Positions 13,711-27,852 of a stretch of 64,000 nt of DNA are shown piece by piece (the stretch's first letter is position 1; each line of letters begins with the position of its first letter). The position numbers and the translations under genes are program-made. The notes below the pieces were generated by a model that saw nothing but the letters and a program-made list of their open reading frames with translations, was not told the origin of the DNA and searched no databases. This DNA is from Sphyrna mokarran. Taxonomy: Eukaryota. The DNA lies in NCBI GenBank assembly GCA_024679065.1, contig JAGIQG010000026.1, positions 21,824,001-21,888,000 on the forward strand. Reading direction: 5' to 3'.

Positions 13711-14002
13711 AAAGTTAAAAGTTTATTAATTAGTCGCAAGTAAGGCTTACAATAACACTGCAATGAAGTTACTGTGAAATTCCCCCAGCCGCCACAAGCC
13801 AGTGCCTGTTCAGGTCAATGCACCTAACCAGTACATCTCTTTCAGACCATGGGAGAAAACTGGAGCACCCGGAGTAAACCCATGCAAGACATGGGGAGAA
13901 CTTGCAAACTCCAAACAGACAGTCAACCAAGCCAGGAATTGAATCCGGGTTCCTGTTGCTGTGAGGCAGTAGTGCTAACCACTGTGCCACCACATGCTAT
14001 CC
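13711..14002 (-). mobile_element. HE1-like V-SINE
   Basis: Minus strand: gtggtggcacagtggttagcac..., ggattcaattcc, V-domain gggtttactccgggtgctccagttt. Confidence 0.75.
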
Positions 14003-14362
14003 ATTATTCCAAAACTCCTATGAATCCATTTACATATGCATTTGAGTGCAGCTCCAGACAGAAACCCATTACTTTTTTTCTTATTGGCCCCACTTGGATC
14101 CATCATTTCTTTGTTACCTGGACATGTCGACTCTCCTCTTAAGACTCTGCTTAAAGTACACCAGTACATCTTTTTGACCAAGATTTTGGTCATTACTCCA
14201 ACATATCTTTTTAGTTCGGTGTTCTTTTTATCAATGGTGTACAGATTGGCCTTCTTCTGTGCTGTGCTTCTTCTGATTCTAAGTATACTGCCAAATCAAT
14301 ATGTCTCTAATCAAAATAACTAAAATACTTCTTCTGCACATTCAAATGCAGCACTCAGTTCA

Positions 14363-14509
<147 letters not shown>

Positions 14510-14929
14510 TTAATACCTTTTAAATTTGAGAAATATATCATCCCTTTCATTGGCAATTAATATGGTTTATAAACAGCTGTGCATTGATAAGGGTAAAGGA
14601 GGAAACAATCAAAGAAAAAATTTGACAGTATTTCATGAGACACACTCCATCAGAGCAGAACAGTTTAAATGATAATGCCTATAACCCTAATACAGAAGGA
14701 CAGAAATTTAGAGAAAACATCTGGCCTGCATTTTTCACTAGACAATATTCACAATAGCTTTTCCAGATTTATTTCCATCTATTAAACATGAATAAAGTCT
14801 GACTTTCCAATGGGTAAGACATTGGTTCTCCTATTATTTATCGCTAGTAGCATATTCTGCTGTTGTGTAGCAAGTTGCAGAACCCATTAGTATAGCAATG
14901 GGCTGACACTCTCCTGAAGATAATTCAGC

Positions 14930-16330
14930 CAGAGAGAATTGCATGGAATTTACAACACAGAAACAGGCCATTTGGTCCAACTAGCGTATGTCACTTTTTA
15001 TAAAAAGCTCCTAATTAATCCTTCCCACCCTGTCTTCTCCAAACCTTAATTCCCTTCTTGCTCATGCTTGCTTCTAAATGCATTAAAGCTTCCCATTTCA
15101 ACTATCTGATATGGCAGAAAATAGTGCTTTCTCACCACTTTGTGCACCTACCTCAGTCAGAAAACACACGGTTTGAACCTTACTCTATATAATCCCAGAG
15201 AGTGTAGACCAGATGTATAGGAATTTTAAATCAACATCCAGTGGGATGCTTGTGTTCCAGTGGATGCAGTTGTCCGTAGAATTCCCATCATATAGGAATA
15301 AATACCCCATCAGCCAGTGCATTGTTTGTTACAATCATGGAAGGAACATCCATGTTGTGGCCTGTTGAATTGTTAATCGCCCTGGAAATTTTCCCATTAT
15401 TTCACACCATTTCGAAGAGACAAAAACACTCCGTGTGTGAAGTAATACATCCTAAATTTGATCATGTGTGTGATAACTCTCATGATCTGCATTGGGAATC
15501 ATTAGTTCACCTCCCAGTTGGGCTTGTTGAATACAAGCTCCTTGAAGACTGGTAATTAGCCCACCGGGTGGAGCTCATATATTGAGCCTATACAAGGCAA
15601 GACTGAGGGGGTTCATTAACCTTTTAGTCCTAGTTGGGGCCTGTTGTTTTCACCACAGACTTATGGTTATTGTTTATTTTCATTTGTGCAATAAACACAT
15701 GGTTCCTTCATAGCTGACTCCTGGAGTTATTATAAGATGGTTACTATCTCATAATTGTACTCCCTGTTTTTGGATTCATCCGCGTGCAGAAACAGTTTCT
15801 CCCCATTTGCCTTCTCAAATCTCTTCATAATTGGAACATTAAAGATCTCTACCAGGCCTTTTACTCTTGTTTGCTAGAGAAAAGAACTTCCCTGTTAGAT
15901 GTATCCTATAAACTTTATCCTTGCAACTTACTTGTAAATCTTTTCTAGGTTTTCTCTAATATTTCAAAATCATTTTTGTACCATTCAGAAAACATTGCAA
16001 TTGAGGTCTAGCCAAGGTTCTGTACAAATTTAACAATACCCCATTCTGCTTTGCCATTCTATAAATTGAATTAATCTCAATACTTGTTTCATTCTTTATG
16101 GCCTTATCAACTGGCATCGTTCCTTTTGTATTGATGTATCTATATTCCCAACTATCTTCCTCTATTCCATTTAGTTACTTAAATTCCAGGGAAAAGGTGA
16201 TATTTTTATTGCTCTAAAATGAAACACTTCATTATAGTGAATTTAATTTGCCATTTATCCACACACACTGCAGATCTGCCTCTTTTCAGTGCAGTTTTCC
16301 ATATTGTGTCCTCTGTTCTGTCATGAAGCA
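14930..16330 (-). mobile_element. Old CR1 LINE 3' fragments interrupted by an LTR-like segment (~15250-15735)
   Basis: CR1 tail 'acagaaacaggccatttggtcc' and degenerate RT C-terminal text; boundaries approximate. Confidence 0.45.
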
Positions 16331-17522
16331 ATGTTTCATAATTGTCTACTCTTCATTTCACTTTGCTTATGAACAGCAAATAGTGACCAAATAGTCGTTT
16401 TAAAAATGCATAACAATATCTTTGATGTTGATGATCTAACTGTATCTGCTGATTTTTTTCATTTAGAGTGTGGTTTTGTATTATGATTGTTCTAGCTCTA
16501 TTCTCTCATTCGTGGTAATAACAACAGCTGTCACTTGGTCAGCCTTTATGTTTGCTAGTTATCTGCACACAAAATGATAAAATGTAAAGCATTTAATACC
16601 TATTCATTCATTTATCTATGATTCTTCAATACATAAAAAAAATCCTCAATAGATTTTCATTCTAATTAAGAAATGACAAGTTTTTTTTAAACCAATCTGC
16701 AAAATTAAAGAAACATAATTTTAGCAGACTGGTTTACAATGCAAGTTCAGTAACAATTTTATGCAACCACAAAAAGAACATATTCCAAAAAACCATGAGA
16801 TTTTATTTTAAAGTATTATTTTTGTATTGATATTATTTGCTGATTTACAATTTGATGTCACGAGTTAGTACTGAATGAGTACTAACTTAGAAATTTCTAT
16901 AATGTATTGGAAATTATTTACCTGGAACTGGTTGTGAGCTTGACAGACATAAATTAATTAATTTAACTAATTTGACAGGACACTTTACCAATCTGGAGGT
17001 GTTTTGACCCAATCTAATACTTTTGCTTCTTTCATACATTTAAGATGAAGGAAATCATAGTCTAGCCTCCACAATGATGCAAGTTGGAACCCAAGTCCAA
17101 ATAGTTGTACTGCTGCAAAGTAGACAAACGTATACTTGGTTTTCAGATGAAAGAACATCTGTGGTTTTCATTACATTAAGCTTTTGATTTATTATAATAA
17201 TCTGAGTTTTAAAGTGGCAGATTTGCAGCATCTTTGTGACCACACCAAAATATAAAAACAAGAAACTGCTGTTTCAACAGAGCTAGGAACTTTTAAAATC
17301 CATAGATCTTGAGAATGGAGGGCAGTATCACACAGGTGAAGTAACAAAGACAGACATTATTGCATGTTCCCATTTGCCCTCCTCAGCATCTTCAAATAGT
17401 AAAAAAAAAATCACCTTCAATGCCTCCAATCAGTAAAATTTCGCAACATTGAAAGGTAAAATTGTTGTGAAAAACCTGGCCATATCATGAGTTAATTTCT
17501 GAATTGATAGTGCAATACTTAC

Positions 17523-17649
17523 GCTGGGTACTCTGGGACTGAATTCTTGAAAGCTGGCAGGTCTTTTACATACTCATTATACAGCCACTTCACTTTGAAG
17601 TGTAGATTCATGTAATCTGCACTTTTGCAGAGTCTGTGCTTTTCATGTT
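17523..17649 (-). CDS. UNC13A: UNC13A exon 9: [41 protein letters not shown](A)
   Basis: tctttcag|AA ... GC|gtaagt; 127 nt. Confidence 0.93.
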
Positions 17650-19419
17650 CTGAAAGACAAAAGTGATAAGTTTTGCAGGAGAATCAAAAAGTCCAATTGT
17701 GTCTTAATTAATGGCTACCACGCAATTTTTCAACACTTTTTCTGCATTATTTGTATTTGTTTTGCCACAATACTTACAATTGTACACTATCTTTTGTAGG
17801 CAAATAGTTCAAAGTGTTTTAATGTTATTAATTATTTTTGAAATGAAATAGCTCTCATGTTGGCAAGAGTAAATTCTTGCTAACTGCATACATTTAGATG
17901 TAATTGCTAGTAAGTGACTGCTTCTGCGCCTGGAATATTATATTCAATTTATCATCTGAACTGTACTCTTGCTTTGTGTCATGTTCTTTATGACCTGCTT
18001 GTATTGTTTTTGGCTTCCATTCAAAACCCAATTAGGATATGAACAGTCTAAAAGTATTTCTTTGGACAAACTTTATAGGCGCTAGGGTTTCTGGTGATGG
18101 GACAGGGTGAGTTAATAGGGAATATGTCCCCGCTGATGCTGGTGTTCACACCAGGTGCACAGGCCACTCCTGTAACTACATGTTGTCCCCAGATTCTAAG
18201 TCCCATAGCCAGGGTGGAGTAAGTGTTTGAAGGCTTGTAATGGAGTTTGGAGGAAAGACGAGGAAAGGATAAGGAGGCGGGGGGAGGGGGTAGTGGTCCA
18301 GTTAGCAAGGTCCAGTAAAAAGGAAGCATCCAATGGGTGAAAACCTTGGTGGAAGGGGAGGGGAAGCTCATGTGAAAAGGGAGTTAATGAGAGGGCATCT
18401 CCCCCCTGAAGCCCAAATAAGGTGACCTGCCAGGTTGCCTCTTCATTCCAGGACTAACTTGCCATATGAGGGCTTAAATGGGTGAGGGCTCCTTGTAAAA
18501 ATGAAGGTAGCTAAGGGGCATGTGGGAGGGCAACTTTACATGCCACTCTGCCTGCAAACCTGGTGGTGGGGGACGCCTGTCTTCTTGACATTGAAAACAA
18601 CCAGCATAAGAACTGAGCAAAAACTTGCTTTGGATTCAACAGCTTTATTTTGGAAAAAACATTCAACACTGTCCAATTATCTTTACATAAGCAAAGCAGC
18701 ATCACTGAAAAGATACTGGGATAAAGCCTGCTATATAAATATTTCGGTAGTATTTTTTGCAACCTTGAGTTAAACTATGGAAAGTTCATATCTTAATCTC
18801 AGTTCCAAAGTAAATAGAAATCATAACTTTTTTTTAAAAACATTTTATGTTATTCTTGAAATTTCAGTTCAACACAAAACCTACCATATTACACTTCTTG
18901 AAGGTGAACGCCTGCTGAGTTAGTCACTAATAGATAATAGCCAATCAACCAATGCCATGAGAACCCAAGGAGGTTTTTATTCATATGCTGTATTATAGCA
19001 TAACGATCTTCAACTGCCACAGTGCAGCAGCAAGACTATCTTATTGCAGTTATATCTCAAACACCAAACAGTGATGTTGCATTTAAACAATGCAGTGTTT
19101 TTATGTTGCTGTACTTGTCCATGGTTTTTCTTGCTGGAGTGGGTAGTTTAAACAGATGATTATTTTTAGAAATGTTAAGCTCAGTTTTAGGCTTGAATTG
19201 ATCTGCAAGCAGTACAATAGGGAAAATTTGTAATTCCTTCAAAATGTCTGTGGAAAATGTCATTGCTTTCAAGAATGCTTAAAAGGAACTTTGCATCAAT
19301 TATAAAGGAATCAATTGTACTTTTCTTCAACAAATAAGAAATAATAATATGTGACCTGAATACCCTTGACCTGGAAGCAAGAAAGGTCGAGGACATTTCC
19401 TCATGTTTGTGCCTGAATC

Positions 19420-19700
19420 CAGAACTAGGGAGCATATTTTAAGATCAAGGGTATCCCTTTTAGGAAAGGGTGAGGAGAAATATTTAGAGGATTATACAAT
19501 TTTGTAACCCTTGGAAACAGAGTCATTGAACATTCTTAAGGCAAGGGTAAATAGATTCTTGTTAGGCAAGAAGATCAAAGTTTATTGGAGTTGGTGGGAA
19601 CGTGGAATTCAGAACATAAATAGAACAGCATGATCTTACTGAGTGGCGGAGCAAGCTCGAGGGCTGAATGTCCTACTGCTATTCCTATTTCATGTTTTTG
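19420..19700 (+). mobile_element. CR1 LINE 3' end
   Basis: agaactagggagcat..., tail gggctgaatgtcctactgctattcctatttcatg. Confidence 0.6.
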
Positions 19701-21404
19701 TGAGCAGACAAGCTGGCTGTTGAAGGCACAAATGCAGACACAAAAAGAAAGCTGATAGAGACAGAAAAAAAGAACACACTAAAATTCTGATGAGAAGAAG
19801 CAGCAATCGTTCAAGAAGATGCCAGTTTTTCTGTTTGGTAGAAAAGGAAAAGGTCTAGGAGGCAATGAGTAAGCTGGCTAAAAATGTTGAAAAATTGGAA
19901 AGCTGTACTAATACCTCAGATGCCAAACAGCTGGGTGTTATTCCAGAAATGGCCAAACTGTGAACCAGGGTGTTTTGGTTGGTTGAAAAGGACATCTAAA
20001 AAATTATACAATTGGGACAGTCATGACCTGAGAGCGAGCAAGGAGAGAGAGGAGAAAGAGAGACAGCGAGCAAGAGAGTGAGAAAATTATACTTTACTGA
20101 CTATAATTGTACCAAAATTCAGGACAGGGAGAGGGGTGGGAATGTTGAAAACTATTGCCATAGTATCTGATTTATACTGTGAGATTAAAGAGCAGCATAT
20201 TGTGCAACTGTGTAGTGGCATGGTCTGCAGGGAGTGATGTGGGTGTTTGTGGTTATGTAAGAAAAATCTCTGTTGAATTGATTATTTGGAAAGCGAAATT
20301 TATACTTTTTATTTGAATTATCATTTGCTTGTTAATTCATTTATCATGAATCAGAACCAATGTAAATTAAAGTAAAAGTTAGAAAAGGTTGTTGGTAATT
20401 TTTTGATTTGGGTGTCATTCAGTTAATTTGGTTTCCTGCTTTCCCCCGAGGTTCAGAACAATTCATCTCAAACCTTTCTCTCACATAATTGGATTTTTCT
20501 GGCAGACTGATGACTGATAAGGCAATCATCATTTGAACTTATCGCGCTTTAGTTATTCCATCCAAAGATAAATCCTTGTTAATGACTCGGGCAAAAAGCA
20601 CTCAATGGTTTTTGACCATCTGATTTTATTTACATTACAGAATAATCTTAATTTTCTGAACAATTTAAATGACAGGTGCCTTTTACAAAATGTGTAGTCA
20701 CAAATTGGTTTGCTTGGGTATAAAAATAACAGTCTTCAAGCAAAACTGGAGATCAGAAAAACTTTTGTTTTCCAAAAAAAATGAAGCAGATGTGAATGAC
20801 ATATTCTGAGTAAACACAGTTTACTGCTATATTAATGCCTTAAAAATAACAGTTGGACATACATGGGTAAGAATAGTACTGAAGGTTTGTACAGATACAG
20901 TTGACTACATACTCCATCTAACAAAATAGTCCCAGTGTTGCCGCAACCATAGCTGAGACAGCTGGGCATTGCTGTCAGTAGTATTATTTCTGTTGTGAGA
21001 ATCTCTTGGGATTAGCCCTGCAGGCTGCTAATTGAAGTCGGCTATTTTCAGGCTTATGCGGATGGCATCTCAAATGTCTACTACCCTTCAGAGCGAATTA
21101 AACTAGAGATTATGCCCCACTGCATGAATGCTGGCTATGTCTGAATCTGTGGCTCAGGAAGAAAGCTGAAATATAAAATGCAAGTCTCAATCAGTCTGAA
21201 AGCTATCTGATTGATTGTTTTTCTTCTACAGCATGGTAAATAGTGTTATATACATTCTTTAAGAGTTCTGAGGAATCAATTTAAACAGAATTTCCTCTTC
21301 CGCCAAAAGCATATCTTTTCACTTCTGAGCAATCTTTCATCATCACTACATTGCAAGTTATTTTATTTTGCAGTTACATTGATGATTCTGAAACACATCT
21401 TATC

Positions 21405-22171
21405 GGGGCGCTTTTCCAACCTCTTCTTGCCTCACTCAGTTCACGATGATCCCGGAAAATAGCCAGCAGGCTTAAAAATCAGTTTCGTGCCCGGCGCCAA
21501 ATAGTTTGCAATCGTCCCAGTCTCTCTCTAATAGCGGAAACTGGATCAGAAAGGGCGAGAGGCCAATTAGCATATTTAAAGTAGCAATTAAATACACATA
21601 ACCCATTTGATGTGGATTCTCCCAGCTCCTTCCAACCTTTGGCCATGCTGCAAGATGGGCCAGAATCACTAATGGTCTCCAGTAGTGGAGACCAGATGTG
21701 ATAGCCATTCTGGGGGCTCGGAAGTCACTGAAGTCCTCAGGTGGTTGAGGACATAGCTGGGCAGTTTCCACGGGATACTCTGGGAGAATCGCTTGATTCC
21801 TGAGTGGGGATGGGGTCTGTGTGACTGTATGATGTTTGAGGGATGGGGTTTGTGACTGGGTCATCCTCATGCATGTGTGGTATGTTGTGGAAGGAGGATT
21901 TGTGGGATGAGAAGAGAATACCACCCTTTTGGTGAGTGATTGTAGGTGCTCCCCGGTGAGTGGAGCGGCACCATTTTATTTTTTGTGAGGAGGGAGACGT
22001 TAAATGATCACAGAGGTGAGCGCACCATTTAAAAATTAGCATCCATCAGGTGGCAGAATCCCACTCGATAGACACTGCTAACATCCGCCGGAAACATCAG
22101 TGAGTTTCCCCATGGCATCAGTGAGTTTCCCCATGGCATCAGCATAGAACTAATTTGGGAGAATCATGGCC
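21405..22171. mobile_element. Non-autonomous Harbinger-like element
   Basis: Right end ggagaatcatggcc identical to that of 11929-12950; imperfect left end ggggcgcttttcc; TSD atc on both sides; internal 21-bp tandem duplication at 22095-22142. Confidence 0.65.
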
Positions 22172-22879
22172 ATCATGTATTCCTCAAGATTTAGATAATT
22201 TAATGTTCATTATGAACATCTGGTTTGAAATTTCAGATCTGTAGCTAAGCAGACGTTAATGCCCTAAGGTCTATGGATTAATTACTCATCAGAAAGCACT
22301 GAAGCAATGTGATAAATTGCTTTGTATCATTAACCAACAGTAATAAAGACCATGGGTTCAATTTCCATACTGCTTGAGATTATCCATGAAGATGCCACCT
22401 TCTCAACATTCTGCTCGCCTGAGATGTGGTGATCCTCAGGTTAAATCACTACCAGTCAGCTTTCTCTCTCAAAAAACGGAAGAGAGCAGCCTATGGTCTT
22501 CTGGGACTATGGTGACTTTCAATAGTGCAGAGATAATAGAAGGGTCTTACTTTTATCCAATGCATTTTAGCCCTTTAATACTTATTAAAGGTAGGCAAAT
22601 TGATGTTTCGTTTCGTTGCGTTGCAGAGAAAATGATTTCATACTACAGATTGCTAGTATGTTTCACTGGATATATTACAATTTAAAATAAATTGTAATGT
22701 GCTTTATGTCACCATAAAACTGCTCTCCCCAGCTCGAGTAATAAAAAGTATTCAAAATATTCTCAACCACACTAAATGCACAATTTCCAAGTCAGTGTAA
22801 CTTGGTTTGAAGCCAGTGATAAATCTCTAGACATAACCAGCCAGAAGCATTCAACCCTAAAGATATTAAACCATAGGAT

Positions 22880-23020
22880 CCAATCTGACTTTTTTTTGGA
22901 AGGAGACTAGAAGCATGAACTGTTTCTCTCCCCACAGATGCTACCAGACCTGCCGAGTTTTTCCAGCACACACTGTTTTTATTTTCGATCTCTAGCATCT
23001 GTAGTCATTTGCTTTCATTT
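22880..23020 (+). mobile_element. Penelope-like 3' end (pLTR) fragment
   Basis: tgtttctctccccacagatgctaccagacctgccgagttttccagca, shared with 44115-44215 and ~8570-8660. Confidence 0.55.
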
Positions 23021-26000
23021 TAGTACTACTCTCGAGAGTTAGTTTCCAATCACATATGAGTGCACTTCAGTTGCTTTTATGTTGGTCTATTTTTAATTCA
23101 GGTTTTGGAATTCCTTTATCTGTGAGCCAGCTCTTCGTGTTTGTGCTGTTAAATCCATTTCCCATAGCTTGTCTGCAAGCTTGTCAATCCCGTAAATGGA
23201 TTTGTAATAGCATTAATGCTGGCTGCTGGCTTTCAGGTTCTAAATCTAAAGACCAATATAAAAGCAGCTTTAAGTCAAATGGTGCAAAAATGCAGCCACT
23301 TAGCATTCTCACACCATTTTAACTTTGTGCCAGGTTCATTTTAAACCAAACTTGGCACACAATGGGAAGTTTTGAAATCCCCTTCAGTCTATCATTTTGT
23401 TAGAACAACAGTCAGCAATCAGACACAATAAAATTCTTATAGCTAATAAAGCTTTGTAATGATATATTTCTACTGTAATGAAAAAGCAGACACCCAAATT
23501 TACACTCTGGTTGCACTAAAAAACTGTCTGAAGTTCAGCACAATGGTCTTTAGCCATGATAACCTTACTGAATGGATGAGCACAAGCCATTAAAACTTAA
23601 GTATGCTGAATGCACATTATGCCACACTGATAAGACCAATAACTGCAGAATAATTACAGCCCTAGTTGACATATGTTGAACTTAAAAAGATGCTTCAAAA
23701 GCAGTTCTATTGGACTGCAGAGGGCTAAAATGGATCAACTCTGCAACAATGCTCAGAAATTACCTTATTTTTACATTGCCAAATACAATAGCATGGTGTA
23801 AGAAGTTTCTGCTCAACCCAATCATCAGCTGACTTTCCAAGCATGGATGATAACCTAGGTGGGCTTCCTGGGAGACGTCTGATGAAAAGAACTGCCAGAA
23901 ACTTTGGCTTCTATGCAAACTTTTATCTTTAGAAATAGGCAAGTGTGAGGAGATAAATTGCTTCATACCTTTAGCCAATAGTAATGAAGTGACAATGGAA
24001 GAACGTTATTTTTATCCCATTCACTTAAACATGGAGTGTGATTTTCTTTTGGGTATTAACAGCTTGACATAACAATTGAATAGATAGATGGAAAGAAAAC
24101 TATTTTTACTTTGTTTTTAACATTTGTTGAAAAGTTAATTAAGATAAGGTATGACAGTGATGGGCAATACAACGGAGTTATCTTTCTAATTCAAGAGCAG
24201 TAACTTTTACAGAAAGAAAACTGAAAAAAATGAATGGTGCTGCCTTGTCTATTGTCATTGGTACTTACACTGAATCAAACAGCTTTAGATTTGCAAAACT
24301 GATACATGATTCATTCATTAACTGATGATTCTTCATTCCAGCCAATCATTAATTTCTGCCCAACATGTAATGCTACAATAAGTGATGTCTTTGTAAGGTA
24401 TTTTATTAGTTGGATTTAAATTCCACCACTTGGTTTGGAGAGGGGGATTTGAATCTATGTCCCCAGAGCATTGACCTGACTAGGTCTCTGGATTAGTGAC
24501 AATACTGCTCAGCCACTATCTCACATTGTAAGATATGGCATTATGAATACATGCTAAATGCAGGTACTCAACTTTCTAGCATTGTTTTTGACTGGCCTTC
24601 TTCAGAAACTCCCAGATATATGCATCAGATCTTTCACATTAATAAATCTCAGGATATTGTGTTAATGATTTTAGAGTTAGCAGAACACAGCTAAAATTTA
24701 GAACAGAAGGGAGCTTTGCCTCATTAACCAACTATTATTTCATCAGCAGTAGCTCTTAAGAGTTTGAAGGCTCAAGATGAGTTGATTGCCAGTGATAATT
24801 GGTTCTCGTCCCAGATTGGCATCGCAGGGGGTTCTGAAACACTCACTATTGAATGATGAAGGGTATTTCACATAGAAATATTAATAGCACTGTCAAGAGA
24901 TTAGACCAGGAGGTATTTAAAGTGACATTTTCTGGCTGCTCCTGTCGAATATGTTTAACTAAAGAATTTAACAATTTGCTGCATTTAAAAAACCTAATAT
25001 TAGCTACTTGATTGCCTTACTGTGAATAGCGAATTCAAGACTAAAATCGCAGAAAGTAAATGGTTGATATCAGGTTATGTACTATTACATGTTTTTTTTT
25101 CCTTTCCCAGCATGCTACCATACATTACACACTGTGACCTACAGGCAGTGATTGCACAGTTCATTTGTTCTGAGCCCCAGGACTCCAGATACATGTTCAC
25201 TTTGATTTTCTGGAACTGCATAACCATTTTTATTCTGTGGATGCAAATGATAATTTTAACATCAAAACTAAGACTTTTTTGTACTTCTATGCTTTAAATA
25301 GAATATTCTTATAAATGTACTCATAATATATTTGTTGTTAATGTGCAACATCCTAACATACTTTATATCAATACTAATGTAAAATCAATTGAATAAACTG
25401 CTTTCCTAAGGAGCTATCAACCAAAAAAGATTCTCACTCCTGTGTTGTGTGTGGAGAGATGGAAGAATTTCAGATCCTACAAGCCCAATCTTTAAAAATG
25501 GCTGGCTAGATATTGGATTTGGTCCAGGGTGGGCTGTGAGCTGAAGTTGAGCAGCCTGGGAGGAAGAGATGAGGATGGGGACACAGGTTGGGCAGAAGTT
25601 CTGCCTCAAGGATTCTAAGTTTAAAAATAAAGATTAAAACATTAAGTATCCCTTTAGCCCTAATACTTCACCCTCTTGAAGGGAGCTGTCAAGCAGTTAA
25701 AGTATTTAAAAGACTTCTCCTTTAAATCTTTGAAAAGATTTCTGCACTGTTTGAAAAAAAGACTGATTGCTATTTCACTCTGTATGTTGACATAACGCTG
25801 TAGGGTTTCCTCTGACACAGATGCCTTAAATGCCCTGGCCTATCCAGGCCTTAGTCTACCAGAGGTTGCTCATTACAGTCACAAAGGCCACAGAGCAGAG
25901 AGAGAAGCAGCCTTCTTTCAAAATGTCTGGAGATGTTCAGGATGCATCTTGCTATATCAAATGGAAGTATTTTAAAAAGAGTTCATTTCCACACATTGAG

Positions 26001-26439
26001 GTAGCACTGGTGTTTATATTTTAAGATTTTGTTAGTATTGCGTTAAAATGTTGCTGTGCTTCATTCAGCACATCTTTTCATATGCTGAGGCTCCATGTTT
26101 GCACTTCAGTGATGTAGTATGTTTAATACAACGTGTTTCAAGGACACTAGCTGTTTGCTCATAGATTGAGGTGCGGCCTCTGTGTTGACCAAGGAAGAGC
26201 ATTGCGAGTTCTCAGATGCAACAATATGCATCGTTTAACGCAAGTAGACAAAACTATTGATTTCATGTAATTTGATGGTGACCAGTTGGTGGGCAGTTGG
26301 ATGTGGGTCAGTATGAAACCATTGTTTGCTATGTATTAACTTCCATGGCATTCCATTCACGCAACCCTCTGATGTGAATCCCCTTCCTCATCATTCTATA
26401 CATCCCCATCCCCCACAATAAATGAGGCTTCTGTTTCTT

Positions 26440-27852
26440 TTTCCTCTGAGTGAAACTCATCCCTCTTTAATGGTGATATTATACAGTGCACATCACATAA
26501 TAACTGACACTTTTACTGTGTCATACTGGTCAGCACCCTCCGAATGATCAAGGCAATGGAAGCTTAGATTTGCTTTATGATGTTCTTGTTGCACCACTGT
26601 TCTGCTTTAGTTTGAAGGTTTCTGACTAGGATCATCCCTTGATTTGTGGCCTGAAACAAATAAGTTTGCTACCGAAACAGAGGCACTGTGGCTGCTGCTG
26701 GGACATTGGATGCATACACTTGCATGCATACACTTGCATGATTCACTTTTTATAGTCACATTTTAACTGACTTTGAGGGAATAGAATCTCTTTCTATTAA
26801 CAAATGCAGCCCACTGTTCAGATGATGCACTGATGACAACATGGATGCCACAAACAAACAGAAAGCTATCAATGGCTGTGAATCCCACTGCATCCTCTTC
26901 CATCTGGAATTTTTTGAATTTTCCATCCCTCTTGTATAGTGCATTTGTTATCTCCTTGATGCAATGGTGAATGGTTGCTTTGGAAATACTGTGGATGTCA
27001 CCAGCAAACTGTGGGAATTAACTGGCCACGTTGAAATTAAGAGCTGCAGTGGTATTGGCGTAGGATGCTTGCACTATTCCAATGGATGTAGTGTTTTCAT
27101 AATGACGATACACAGTTTGGTGACAGTCTCCTCGAAGATGCATAGTCTCTTTGGGTATCGTCTCTCCAACGTGTGTAGGTACATCATCCTTGTCTTGTAA
27201 ACTCAGATGTGCTAGGGACATGCATCTGCCATTATACTTCCTCCGATTGCTGCTGCTGGACTGATTGCATTGATTCCTGTGCAGCATGGTGTTGTGCATT
27301 GCTAACTCCCCCCCTGCGCTCGAAGATGAAGGAGTATAAGGTGAATATTTTCCTCTGTGTAACACTCTCTCTCTTCTTCCCCTCCTTTTGAGACAACCTC
27401 CACTTAGAATCTCAGATATATAATGCCACTTTAGTAGGTGGCCCTCTGTTCCTAGGCTTTGTGCTCTTCCTGTAATTTCTGGAACCAACATTTTAAGCTT
27501 AGTCACTTCCTACTTCAGACTCTGGTGCTCAGAGTGTCAGATTATCAAGTTTGAACGCAGAGAAAAAAAATCTTCAAAGGCAATGCAGTGCCTGTGACTC
27601 ACTCTCAACAGCTCTCAATGAGTCAGGTAAGCCACATTTACATTGCCAGCATTCAATGAGATGGGTTATCGATGGCATGGGAGATTTATATCCCTTTCAT
27701 TTAGTTGCAGAGGCTGCATTAAATCTTGGTGAATTATATTTAGGTTACATGCCAGAGGTCGATTTTCAATATTTATGAAGTTCCCACCAATAATAGGCAA
27801 GTTTTCAGCATACTTATCTTGCCCACTGCAGCAGCCCCACAAAATCCAGCTC
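26440..27852 (-). mobile_element. Decayed PIF/Harbinger transposase (HARBI1-like) element
   Basis: Minus-strand frames: VYKTRMMYLHTLERRYPKRLCIFEETVTKLC...TTAALNFNVAS*FPQFAGDIHSISKATIHHCIKEITNALYKR, with stops and frameshifts; TIR-like aaaatccagctc at 27841-27852; may extend left to ~25400. Confidence 0.7.

Noticed and set aside
21472-22042. 150-aa and 101-aa ORFs
   Set aside because: Lie within a GC-rich non-autonomous TIR element; no recognisable domain
22095-22142. 21-bp tandem duplication (also short ones at ~6928, ~7701 and ~26711)
   Set aside because: Ordinary slippage duplications; no spacers, not CRISPR-like
27018-27506. 162-aa ORF as a novel gene
   Set aside because: Mostly an off-frame reading of a decayed Harbinger transposase
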